A DNA stretch of 32,000 nucleotides from a bacterium. GTDB lineage: Bacteria > UBP7 > UBA6624 > JBBIMK01. The stretch spans positions 1 to 32,000 of the forward strand of contig JBBIMK010000022.1 in assembly GCA_037444445.1 (NCBI GenBank). The letters are read 5' to 3'. Below the pieces are notes generated by a model. The model made no database searches, had not been told where the DNA came from, and worked only from the letters and a program-made list of their open reading frames with translations. This document shows, in pieces, positions 22,879-32,000 of the stretch; position 1 is the stretch's first letter, and each line of letters begins with the position of its first letter. The translations under genes and the position numbers were made by a program.

Positions 22879-25800
22879 TTACGGGAACAATGGCCAGTCG
22901 GTGGCAGAGATGGTCACCGTTGCCTTCGACTTCGCAAAGGTATTTTCATCCTCCACGGTGAGCACGGTGTAGAACTGCCCGGGCGACTGGAAGAAGTGGG
23001 TGGGACCATTCGAGTCGTGGACTTCCACATACGGCAAAGCGGTGGTGGGTGGAACATCGTTGTCCACAAATCCGCCGTCGCCGAAGTGATAGTGCCAGCC
23101 GATATCCTGCCATGGAGAGCCTGCACACAGGGATGCGCCGATGAACTCCACCGGGAAGCCACCCGCTGACGGGTCAGGCCAGCCATAGGACGGGTCAACC
23201 TTGTGGAACGCTGCCGCACAGCGCCCTTCGGTGACATAGATGTCCAGGGAAGCATCCGAGTTGGCGTGGGTAGGCGGAAGAGCCAGCCAGGCGGTAAACA
23301 GATCGTTGCAGTTCGCAAACGGTCCGCCAGGGATGGCATTCGCATCCAGAACCTCATCATCGCACACCTTCAGATACACATTCTTCAGACCATTGGTATT
23401 GAAGGTGAACGAAGGATTCTGCGCGGTGGAGTCACAACCCGCTGGATTGAGATTATCCGAGGTCTCCCAGCACCAGGAGATTTCCGACGGGTCATTCAGC
23501 CCCAGAGTCCCATCGTCCGGGTCATCCGCAAATCCGTAGAAGTTGAAGGTCGCCGGTGTGGTGCCGTAGAGGCTCAACGCGCCGGTGATGCTGAATGGCG
23601 CTGAAATTCCCGTGTTCGCATTCGTGGCAAGCGCATCCGCATACGGCGGTGCAGGATGCCCGTCATCCGCAAAAGTGTAACCATCCGTCTCATTGACCTC
23701 CACCGTGATATACGCCCAGGACTCGCTGTCATTTCCATCTATTCCGAAGTCACACGGGGAGCCAAACTCCACATCCGACTCATCCTGGATGCATACCGGA
23801 ATGGTGTATTGCCCCTGAGGTGGCGTGAACACAGTCGGGTCAAACGGAACCAGAGCACCGGCTGAATACGGTCCTTCACCGGCATCGTTGAAGTCGCCGT
23901 CCAGGTTCAGGTCATACCAGATTTCCACCCCTGTGGCATCCAGGTCGTCGGAAGTGGATGGCTCAGCGTAGAGACAGATGTTTTCAAACGGAAGATTGGG
24001 GGCACCGAAGCCATTGAACCCGTTGACCAGATTGGACGGGAGCACTGAACCGATGAGATTGCAGTCCGAGCCGTTGGACTTGACCGAGAGGGTTGGCGGA
24101 ATGTTATATACCACCACCACATAGGCGGAGTAGGACTGCTGGCTTTCATCGTCGGTGACACGGAGCCAGGGACCATAAACGCCCGGTGCAGTGTAATTAC
24201 AGTTGATGGGGGAACCCGAGATATCCACACTGAAGGTGCCGGGATTCCCGCCGAGGTTGTCGCAATCCCAGTCATAGGTCACCGCTCCGCCATCCGGGTC
24301 CACGCCAATGGCATCCAGGGTGAATCCAGTGGGACCGGGGGCGATGAACACATCGTTCAGGTTCTGAGCCCTACTCAGCGTGTTAAAACCGGTATTTTCC
24401 CGAATGTCGGCAGTGGGTTGGAGGCTGGAGAGGACGACCACCTGGGTGGTGGACATTGCCTGCGAGCCTTCGTCATCCGTCACCCTCAGCGCTGCGATGT
24501 AAACACCGGGCGTTGCGTAGGAGCAGTCAAAGTCAACACCCGTGCCATCCGAAGTGAAGTTCCCGGTGACCGGAGGAGATACAGCGCAATCCCACTCGCG
24601 ATTTGTGATTGCCCCCGCATTGTCAATATCACTCGCCTGCGAGGTGAAGGAGGCGGTGAATGGAGCAGAACCCACCAGGTCTGACGGGTCATCGGGCGAA
24701 TCCGGTCCGCCGCCATCCGTATCCCGCTCCCGAATGTTGGCATCCGGGTCCCACTCAAAGATGGTGACCATAAGGGAAGCGGTGGAAGAGTCTCCATCCG
24801 GGTCCGTCTCGGTCAGGGTGACGGTTTGCTGACCCGTGGCGGGGTAGGAGCAGGTGGTGGTTGCGCCCGGGGAGGTGCAGGAGGCACCCGCTCCCGTGGT
24901 GGTCCAGGAGCAGGTCACCGCACCGCCTTCAGGGTCCACCCCACGGCATATCAGGTCCACATTGTAGGTCGGAACGCCGGTGAGGTCATCCAGAGATGGG
25001 GATGGGTCGCCCACATCCGCAGGGTTGTCGTTTTCGAGAATATATGCAGAGGGCGGAAGGTCCAGAATCATCACCTGCAGCGTTGCGGACCTGCTATTCC
25101 CCGTGCCGTCGGTGTTCGTCAGCGTGATGGTGAACTGTGCTGTACCGGATACATCCGCATCCGTGAAGGTGCAGGTGGTGGTGTCGCCCGGGGAGGTGCA
25201 GGTTCCTGAAGGAGCCACGGACCAGGTGGAGGTCACGCCCCGGTTGTTCTGCACCGGCGGATTGTCCAGATGCACATCATCATCCACCCCATAGGCTGTC
25301 AGATTCACCACATAATTCGGCGGAACGATGCCGGTGAGGTCATTCAGCGTGGGGGTCGGATTCCCACCCGTTGCCACCCCGTCGTCTTCCAGAATGTAAG
25401 CGGATGGCGGTCGGTCAAAAATCACCACCGTGGCAGAGGCATCCGACCTGCAATCATCCGTGAAGTCGTTATAGCCCGGATTGTTCGGATTCTCCGGGTC
25501 TGAGAGAGTGCAGTTCTCCCGAACATTCCGAATCAGAATCACATATTGTCCCACAGCGGTGTAGGTGCAGGAAAGCGGGTCGGAGACATTCGTGGTGTTA
25601 TTCACATCCGGGGTGGGGAAGGTGGACTGGTCCCAGGTGGCATCGCCTGCACCGGTGAAACGGCAATCCTTATACCGCTCCACCGCTGTTCCACCAGGCT
25701 CCACGCCGAAGGCATTATAGTCGGTGGTGTAAGAGCCGGCGCCCAGCCCTCCGGTGAAATCATCCAGAGTGAGCGATGGGTCGCCCACATCCGCAGGGTC

Positions 25801-28800
25801 GGTCGTCTCACTCACATAGGCGGATGGAGGATGCGCTCCGAGAACAACTACCCGGAAGCTGGCATTGGAGTTGTTGAACCCATCGTTGAGGGTGAACTGG
25901 ACGGAGTAGGAACCCGGTGCGTTATAAGTGTGCTGGCGGGCAAAGGAACCATTGGGAACACCCCCAACATTGAAGAACTCCGCCGAATCACCCCAGTTCC
26001 AGGTCACCGTGTAGGAAGTGTCCGGGTCAGAATCCTCCCACACACCTGTAGCGGTAATCGTGCAGGGCGCCGAGGCGCAGATGTGGATGTCTCCGCTAAA
26101 TGGATTGGTGTTTGCATTCAGGAACGCATAGACGCTGGCCGGGTTGTTCGTGAACGGGGATGGGGTCATCCAGTAGGTCATCGTCGCAGTGGATTGCTGC
26201 CCTTCATCGTCCCGAACGGTAAGCGTGACCACTCGCTGTTCCATAATCCCATCACCGTTCACATCCGTGTCGCACACCCCATTGTCCACTACCCCAGAAT
26301 CAAAACCCGATGTGAAGGATATGGAGGTGGTGGTGCCGATGTTCCCGGTGAAGGGCGCCTGCGCGCCACCAAAAAACGATGTGGCGCGCTCGTAGCCATC
26401 CGCATCTCCGCATTCAATCGCCCACTCCATAGAAACGCCGGTGCTATCCGGGTCGTTGCCGTTGATGAAGAAGGTGATGGACAACGGGTCCGCAGGACCG
26501 GTGAACTCAAAGGGCGGGTCGCTGGCATTGTTGTTGCAGGCACTGCTGTCACCCGGGTTGGAGTCGGAGCAGGCATCATCGCCGGAAACCTGAATTTCCG
26601 CCCACGGGACATCGGTGGGAACCGCAAGGGTGATATGCGCACTGGCGGTCTGACCATCATCATCCGTGTAAGTCGCCGTGCACTCTATCTTCCCGACAGC
26701 ATTGGGGGTGAGAGGCGGGGAAAGCGTCCAGGCATCCTCATCCGGCACCGGACCTTCCGCAAAATCCGCATTCCCTCCCACTGGGGCAGGCACATTGGCA
26801 GCCGGATCGCAGGACCAGGAGATGGAATCCGCAGCAGGATTCTGGATGCCGTCCGGGTCATCCGCACGGACATAGAAGGTGAAGGTGGTTCCCGTATTGC
26901 CCACCGCATCGTTCACTGGCGCCGTGTTGTCCTCCACCCGGATGGAGAGGGCGGGTGGCTGTAGGGCATAGACATAAATGGTCACGGTAGCGGTGGAAGT
27001 ATCCCCCTCATCATCGGTGAAGGTGATGGTGCAGGTCCCGGAACCGGTGCTCACCGGCTGAAGCAGGTCAATCCTCTGCACATTGCTCCAGCCGTCATTG
27101 GGATTGGTTGCAACATCCGGAGCGGTGAAAGAAAAGGTTGGAGTCAGAACGGTGACTGAAGCACCAAACAGACCACCGCAGGTGTCCACCGAAATTTGAG
27201 CAGGAGCAACCGCGGTATATCCATCCGGGTCATCGGCGCGGACATAGAGGGAGAAGAAATGGTCTCTCGGAGCCTGGGCATCCTCGCAATCCCCTCCGAG
27301 AACGGGTGAACCGTTCACAGAGCGCTCGCACGGGCGGTCCGAATCATTCGGCGGAGCAGAACCCGCATCGTTATCCGCATCGTCCCAGACGAGGGCATCA
27401 ATCGCAGGTGGGGTGGAGACAATGATGAAAGTAACCGATGAAGTTGCAGTATTGCCCTCATCGTCCGTGTAAGACACATTGCAGGTTTGCGAGCCGACGG
27501 TTCCCGGGGGAATGGTCAGCGTCCAGACATCCTGGTCGCCGGTAGCCTCCGGGTTGGACCCCGGGTCCAAATCCCCATCAAAGTCCGCATTGACTCCATC
27601 CGCAGAAGCGGCCGTGATTCCACCTGGGCAGGACACGGAGATAACATCCAGAGCAGGATTCTGGACGCCGTCCGGGTCATCTGCGCGGACATACAGCCAC
27701 CAGGAGGAGCCCACCACCGCCACCGCATCCGTGCGGGTGTTGTTCCCGAAACCGGAAGTCGTGTCGCTGTCCACCGGCTGAACATCCAGCGTCGGCGGGT
27801 CGGATACCACCACCACCTCAAGAGTGTGCGTGGCGGTGGAACCTTCATCATCCGTGTAAACGAGCGTGATGCAGTAATGCCCCGGGTTGGTATAGGTGAA
27901 GGTCTGGCTATTCGGCGTGGCAAAAGGTCCAGGAACGGTAACATCTGCACCCGGGCCGAAGACCGAATCATCTGCCGTGGCAAGGCAACGGGACTGCAGG
28001 TCTTCTCCGGGCTGGGTGTCAAAATTATACGCCAGTGAAGTCCCTGCACCTGCTGTTCCGCCGTCCGCATCAAAGACATCCACAGAGAGGATGAAGGAGT
28101 TATTGGTGAGTGGCTGGACGGAGGCAGAGGTGAGATTGGCGGTGATGGTGGGGTCGGAGTTGAAGGCGGAAAGCGTGGCGTAAATGTCGGAGAAGGAGTT
28201 TTCATCATCCGTCACCCGGATGTGAACCACATAGGTTCCACCCACAGTGTAAGAAACCGGTCCGAAAGTAAAGCACTGAGTAGCGGAGCCGGCAAAATCA
28301 AAGCCATCCGGGAATCCAGGGCCAGGGTCATTATCGCCGTAGTTAAATGGGGATGGCGCGGGGTCAGCAGGGTCAGCAGGGTAGGCATCCAGGTTGATTT
28401 GAAAGGTTTTGCTGGTGGCATCGGGGTCCGGGTCATCCGGGTCGTCGGCGCAAACTTCAAAAGTGAATTGCCCGGAAACCGGAGTGGCAACCAGGTCATT
28501 CGGCGCTCCCACATTGTCCGTTATGGTCGCTTCAATCGTTGGAGGCTCATTCCAGAGCGTCAAATCCAGACCTGCAAAAGCGGTATCGCCCTCCGCATCG
28601 GTATAGCGGACGCAGACGAAGTAGTGCCCGGGTGCGGTGTAAGTCCAGTTAGAAACCACAGGATTGGCAGGCGGATTGGCGACGGTGATTTCAGGGTTAA
28701 ATCCGGTGGCATCGCACACATCATCATGGTCCACATCAATCGCGATTTCCCCTCCGGTATCCGGCGGGGTGGAGCCCGGTCCATCCGGGTCGTTCCAGTA

Positions 28801-31800
28801 GACGCAGAACTGCGCATTGGGCGAGGCAGAAGATACCGTGCCCCAGGGAGCAAAAAGGGTGGTAGGGGATGAGCAGTTCGGCGCAGTCCCTACATCCCCG
28901 TTGACTTCCACCGCGGGGAAGAGTTCGGTAATCTGAATCGTCTTATCCGCCCGGGCGGAATTCCCATTCGGGTCGGTGATGGTCACCACAATGTGCTTCG
29001 GCCCGGAGGAGGCGTAGGTGTGCTGGGCGCCATTGGGGTTCCAGGTAATTAGATTGGCACCTATGCCGACGCAGGCAGGGGCACCCGAAGTCAGGAGGGT
29101 ATAGGTATTCAGAGCAACACTGGTGCACTGCCCGGTTTCCACCGGGGAGCCATCGCCCCAGTCAACGGAGACATCCAGGGTTTCCGGGGATGCCGTCCCA
29201 TCATCCTGAACGCCGATTTGCAGGGTGATGGTATCGGATACAGAGGGGATGAGGAGGAATTCATCCATATTCGGGTTGACCGCAGGTCCAGCGGTGGCGG
29301 GCTTGGTGAGCACATCAATATGTACGCCGGGTGCTCTTGTTTCTGCATTGACCACGAGGATGGAAACCGCGGCGCAGGCGTGGTTGTCCTGACCGGCATC
29401 GGTATCATTATCCGGGTCGTTTGCCCACGGCTGGTCGTCATTATCAGTCACCCGGAGGGCGACGATATGAATCCCCTCGGTGAGGAATTCAAATCCCACA
29501 TTGTTCACCTCAACGCCGGTTTTATCCACCGTGAACGGGGTGCCGGGGCGGTAGCAGAAATCGAGGTTGTTGATGGAATTCGGGTCATTGGGGTTGGCAG
29601 GCTCAGGATAGTCAAAGTCCCACTCAAACAGCGGGAGTGGACTGGTGCCGGAGTCGGGGTCTTTGGAGTTGTTGGCGCGGAAGGTGGAAACCACCGGAGC
29701 AAGCCCGCCGAGGGGGTCCACATCTATGGTGGCGGAAGGTCGCTGGTCGCGGGCGGTGATGGTCGCCACCGCAAAGTCCTCAAGCCCGTCATTGTCCACC
29801 ACGCGCAGATAGATGGTGTAAATTCCGGGTTCCAGATAGGTGTAGGTCGCGGTGGCTCCGGATTTTGCACCCTCCCAGTCATCGGCATTCGGCTCCTCAT
29901 TGAAGTCCCCGCCAGCGGATTCCAGAATCGTGCACTCGGTGGTGCCATCCCCATCTCCACCCAGCCCTTCGTGTGGAGCCGCAAGGGCATCGTTGTAGTC
30001 CGAACAGGTGAAATCCCACTGATAGGAAACAATCCCCGCACCCGGGGTGTTCCCATCATCCGGGTCGTAAGAGGCATTGGCGTCGCAGGTGACGGTGAAG
30101 GGCGTGATACCGGTGGTGATGTCGCAGGTGAATTTCGCCACCGGCGGTGGGTTGACATTGATGTATATCCCGATGGCGACCGTGTCAGACAATCCTTCAT
30201 CATCACAGACAAGCAGTCGCGCGGTATATACTCCGGAGGCGCTGGAGCCGAAGTTGGCAGTGAAGGTCGCCGGGTCGCTGGGGGCAGAGCAACCGTCATC
30301 AAAAGTTGAACCGGATGGTTCCACCTCCACACCCGCGGGAGCAGTGACCCCCGTATCCGGCGTAATCTGCCACTGATAGACCAAAATCACATTGGAATCA
30401 TCCGGGTCGGAAGAGCCGGTGCCATCCAGGCTCACATTGCAGGGCGCAGTGCAGTAAACCGGCGTGGCAGTGGCAACCGCATCAGGCGGAGGATTGCCAT
30501 TCACCACAATCAAAACCGTGGTGGAATCGGTTTGCCCTTCATCATCCGTCACCGTCAAGGTCACCTGAAGCGTTCCATCCGCATCGGTGGAGAAGGTGGC
30601 AGTATAGGTGGGAACGACCCCACTGCTCGGCGTCACCGCGCCGGAAGTCAAACCGCTGGTCGCCCAGGACCAGTTCGTAATGGTATTGGTGCTGTCCGGG
30701 TCATACGAATCCACACCCTGGCAGGTGAAGGAGAAGGGAGCGGTTCCGGATGTGGGGGCACAGGAGGCGACCGCCACGGGCGGAGGGTTGCTGGTTATCG
30801 TGAGGAACACCGTATCGGTGTCCGTGTTGGCGGGTGTGTCGTCATCGGTGACTCTCACGGTTGCCACATAGGTGCCCGGGAGGATATAGGTGACGGACTG
30901 GGTGCAGGTGGTGCCGGTGGAGCCTTCGGAGGCAGGGCTGGAGAACTCCACACCGGAGGCATCCGAGAAGTCTCCATCCGAGTTGAAGTCCCAGGAGAAG
31001 TCGGCGATGCCGTCGTTGGAGCCTGGATTATCCGGGTCATCGGAGGCGCAGGCGTTGAGGGAAATGGTGCAGGAAGGAGTGGGAGAACCCGTGAGCGTGC
31101 AGGAGGTGGGGGAAGCCTGAAGAACGGCGATGGGCGGCGGGTTCACGCCCACGGAAATCATCATCGTGGAAGTGTCGGTGAAGGTGCCCTCGTCATCGCT
31201 CACCCGGAGGGTGACCACATAAGTGCCCGCAGAAGTATAGGTGAAGGAGATGAGTTGCGTGGTATTCGGGCAGGTTCCACCATTCTCAACGGGGGGGTCG
31301 GAATAGTCCTGGTCCGAGTTGAAGTCCCACTCCCAGCAGGTGATACCGTCCTGCGGGTTAGCGTTGTCGGGGTCGTAAGAAGCGTTGCCGTCAAACTGAA
31401 CCGTCAGGGGCGCATTGCCCGAGACGGGTGAAGCGGTAAAGACAGAAACGGGTGGAATATCGGAACCGCCCACCACAATCTGGAGATGGTCGGTGCTGGT
31501 TAGCCCTTCGTTATCCGTTACGGTGAGGCACACCGTGTAGGTGCCTACATCCGAATAAGTGTAAGACACGGTAGAGGCGGTGGAGTTCACATCCGAGCAG
31601 TCGCCATCCATGGGGTCGTCAAAGTCCCAGGCGTAGGTAAGGGCGCCTTCTCCATCCTGGTCAAAGGAGGAAAGGCCGGTGAAGGTGACGGTGAGAGGTT
31701 CACCTCCGTGGGTGCGGTCGGACTCAATGACCGCCACGGGCGGTGGATTGGAAAGAACGGTGACGAAGGAGGAGGCGGTGTCGGTCTGTGCCGGTGTGTC

Positions 31801-32000
31801 ATCGTCAGTGACGGTGAGAATCAGGACATAGGTTCCGGCGGCGGTGTAGGTGCAGGTGGCGGTGGAAGCAGTGCCAGACTGCTCGGGTGTGCCGTCGGCG
31901 TTGCAGTCAAAGGCGTAGTTGGAGATGCCGCCGGTGGTGTTATCCGGGTCGTAGGAGTTGGAACCATCGGCGGTGACGGAGCAGGATGGAGATGAGCCTA
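22879..32000 (-). CDS. Giant PKD-repeat extracellular protein, 5'-partial; it continues beyond the right window edge
   Basis: The single minus-strand frame is open from 32000 down to TAA at 22879-22881. The track's start at 31737 is an internal GTG, since my translation of 31738-31998 in the same frame gives another complete PKD-like module (...SVTADGSNSYDPDNTTGGISNYAFDCNADG...CTYTAAGTYVLILTVTDDD...NPPPV). About 30 modules of 90-110 aa show PKD signatures (S.DPD...I..Y.WDF..DG......Y.Y...G.Y.V.L.V.DD.G), often joined by an N-P-P-P linker. Confidence 0.9.
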   Translation of the reverse strand, partial: GSSPSCSVTADGSNSYDPDNTTGGISNYAFDCNADGTPEQSGTASTATCTYTAAGTYVLILTVTDDDTPAQTDTASSFVTVLSNPPPVAVIESDRTHGGEPLTVTFTGLSSFDQDGEGALTYAWDFDDPMDGDCSDVNSTASTVSYTYSDVGTYTVCLTVTDNEGLTSTDHLQIVVGGSDIPPVSVFTASPVSGNAPLTVQFDGNASYDPDNANPQDGITCWEWDFNSDQDYSDPPVENGGTCPNTTQLISFTYTSAGTYVVTLRVSDDEGTFTDTSTMMISVGVNPPPIAVLQASPTSCTLTGSPTPSCTISLNACASDDPDNPGSNDGIADFSWDFNSDGDFSDASGVEFSSPASEGSTGTTCTQSVTYILPGTYVATVRVTDDDTPANTDTDTVFLTITSNPPPVAVASCAPTSGTAPFSFTCQGVDSYDPDSTNTITNWSWATSGLTSGAVTPSSGVVPTYTATFSTDADGTLQVTLTVTDDEGQTDSTTVLIVVNGNPPPDAVATATPVYCTAPCNVSLDGTGSSDPDDSNVILVYQWQITPDTGVTAPAGVEVEPSGSTFDDGCSAPSDPATFTANFGSSASGVYTARLLVCDDEGLSDTVAIGIYINVNPPPVAKFTCDITTGITPFTVTCDANASYDPDDGNTPGAGIVSYQWDFTCSDYNDALAAPHEGLGGDGDGTTECTILESAGGDFNEEPNADDWEGAKSGATATYTYLEPGIYTIYLRVVDNDGLEDFAVATITARDQRPSATIDVDPLGGLAPVVSTFRANNSKDPDSGTSPLPLFEWDFDYPEPANPNDPNSINNLDFCYRPGTPFTVDKTGVEVNNVGFEFLTEGIHIVALRVTDNDDQPWANDPDNDTDAGQDNHACAAVSILVVNAETRAPGVHIDVLTKPATAGPAVNPNMDEFLLIPSVSDTITLQIGVQDDGTASPETLDVSVDWGDGSPVETGQCTSVALNTYTLLTSGAPACVGIGANLITWNPNGAQHTYASSGPKHIVVTITDPNGNSARADKTIQITELFPAVEVNGDVGTAPNCSSPTTLFAPWGTVSSASPNAQFCVYWNDPDGPGSTPPDTGGEIAIDVDHDDVCDATGFNPEITVANPPANPVVSNWTYTAPGHYFVCVRYTDAEGDTAFAGLDLTLWNEPPTIEATITDNVGAPNDLVATPVSGQFTFEVCADDPDDPDPDATSKTFQINLDAYPADPADPAPSPFNYGDNDPGPGFPDGFDFAGSATQCFTFGPVSYTVGGTYVVHIRVTDDENSFSDIYATLSAFNSDPTITANLTSASVQPLTNNSFILSVDVFDADGGTAGAGTSLAYNFDTQPGEDLQSRCLATADDSVFGPGADVTVPGPFATPNSQTFTYTNPGHYCITLVYTDDEGSTATHTLEVVVVSDPPTLDVQPVDSDTTSGFGNNTRTDAVAVVGSSWWLYVRADDPDGVQNPALDVISVSCPGGITAASADGVNADFDGDLDPGSNPEATGDQDVWTLTIPPGTVGSQTCNVSYTDDEGNTATSSVTFIIVSTPPAIDALVWDDADNDAGSAPPNDSDRPCERSVNGSPVLGGDCEDAQAPRDHFFSLYVRADDPDGYTAVAPAQISVDTCGGLFGASVTVLTPTFSFTAPDVATNPNDGWSNVQRIDLLQPVSTGSGTCTITFTDDEGDTSTATVTIYVYALQPPALSIRVEDNTAPVNDAVGNTGTTFTFYVRADDPDGIQNPAADSISWSCDPAANVPAPVGGNADFAEGPVPDEDAWTLSPPLTPNAVGKIECTATYTDDDGQTASAHITLAVPTDVPWAEIQVSGDDACSDSNPGDSSACNNNASDPPFEFTGPADPLSITFFINGNDPDSTGVSMEWAIECGDADGYERATSFFGGAQAPFTGNIGTTTSISFTSGFDSGVVDNGVCDTDVNGDGIMEQRVVTLTVRDDEGQQSTATMTYWMTPSPFTNNPASVYAFLNANTNPFSGDIHICASAPCTITATGVWEDSDPDTSYTVTWNWGDSAEFFNVGGVPNGSFARQHTYNAPGSYSVQFTLNDGFNNSNASFRVVVLGAHPPSAYVSETTDPADVGDPSLTLDDFTGGLGAGSYTTDYNAFGVEPGGTAVERYKDCRFTGAGDATWDQSTFPTPDVNNTTNVSDPLSCTYTAVGQYVILIRNVRENCTLSDPENPNNPGYNDFTDDCRSDASATVVIFDRPPSAYILEDDGVATGGNPTPTLNDLTGIVPPNYVVNLTAYGVDDDVHLDNPPVQNNRGVTSTWSVAPSGTCTSPGDTTTCTFTDADVSGTAQFTITLTNTDGTGNSRSATLQVMILDLPPSAYILENDNPADVGDPSPSLDDLTGVPTYNVDLICRGVDPEGGAVTCSWTTTGAGASCTSPGATTTCSYPATGQQTVTLTETDPDGDSSTASLMVTIFEWDPDANIRERDTDGGGPDSPDDPSDLVGSAPFTASFTSQASDIDNAGAITNREWDCAVSPPVTGNFTSDGTGVDFDCSYATPGVYIAALRVTDDEGSQAMSTTQVVVLSSLQPTADIRENTGFNTLSRAQNLNDVFIAPGPTGFTLDAIGVDPDGGAVTYDWDCDNLGGNPGTFSVDISGSPINCNYTAPGVYGPWLRVTDDESQQSYSAYVVVVYNIPPTLSVKSNGSDCNLIGSVLPSNLVNGFNGFGAPNLPFENICLYAEPSTSDDLDATGVEIWYDLNLDGDFNDAGEGPYSAGALVPFDPTVFTPPQGQYTIPVCIQDESDVEFGSPCDFGIDGNDSESWAYITVEVNETDGYTFADDGHPAPPYADALATNANTGISAPFSITGALSLYGTTPATFNFYGFADDPDDGTLGLNDPSEISWCWETSDNLNPAGCDSTAQNPSFTFNTNGLKNVYLKVCDDEVLDANAIPGGPFANCNDLFTAWLALPPTHANSDASLDIYVTEGRCAAAFHKVDPSYGWPDPSAGGFPVEFIGASLCAGSPWQDIGWHYHFGDGGFVDNDVPPTTALPYVEVHDSNGPTHFFQSPGQFYTVLTVEDENTFAKSKATVTISATDWPLFP

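Noticed and set aside
25546-26964. 472-aa plus-strand ORF, with similar long plus-strand ORFs at 29218-30309 (363 aa), 30532-31431 (299 aa), 28222-28872 and 27487-28038
   Set aside because: All lie antisense to the giant PKD gene. Their translations are low-complexity and R/G/V-rich with no motifs. The PKD frame has strong domain periodicity, and its codon usage (GAC/ACC/GGN/CCN) rarely produces stops on the opposite strand. These are antisense artefacts.
22879-31737. Start codon at 31737 for the giant gene, as given in the ORF track
   Set aside because: Codon 31735-31737 is GTG in the middle of a PKD module boundary (NPPPV|AVIESD). The frame upstream to 32000 has no stop and encodes another PKD module, so the gene is 5'-partial.

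Overview
The window looks like a fragment from an uncultivated diderm bacterium; lipoprotein signal peptides, System I cytochrome c maturation genes and a periplasmic LTXXQ-type protein point that way. I see 20 protein-coding genes and no rRNA, tRNA or CRISPR array. Layout: (1) 1-4.2 kb holds a visibly AT-richer pair of unknown membrane proteins (the first may be cut by the window edge), then a minus-strand JAMM/MPN+ metalloprotease and a class V PLP aminotransferase. (2) 4.2-9.45 kb is a tight plus-strand operon: ccmA-ccmB-ccmC-ccmD, a large polytopic membrane protein with C-terminal TPR repeats, and mtnA. (3) 9.45-20 kb carries a 43-45 bp nested palindromic REP-like element (core TTTTGGGGTCTGACCCCAAAA), with seven copies here and one degenerate copy at 2.3 kb. 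It also holds two paralogous IS200-like HUH/Y1 (RayT-like) genes, each flanked by copies on both sides, which is a REPtron-like arrangement. (4) 12.2-32 kb is dominated by very large predicted cell-surface proteins. These are a 1385-aa lipoprotein of FN3 and Asp-box Ig-like modules that contains a perfect 564-bp direct repeat, a vWA lipoprotein, and a 675-aa lipoprotein with Ig-like modules and a seven-repeat propeller-like domain. The last is a PKD-repeat giant of more than 3040 aa whose frame stays open past the right window edge; the start given in the ORF track is an internal GTG. The best candidates for new biology are the REP/RayT system, whose repeats supply stop codons and coding sequence to neighbouring genes, and the modular surface-protein locus. 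All functional calls rest on motif recognition by eye, with no database search.
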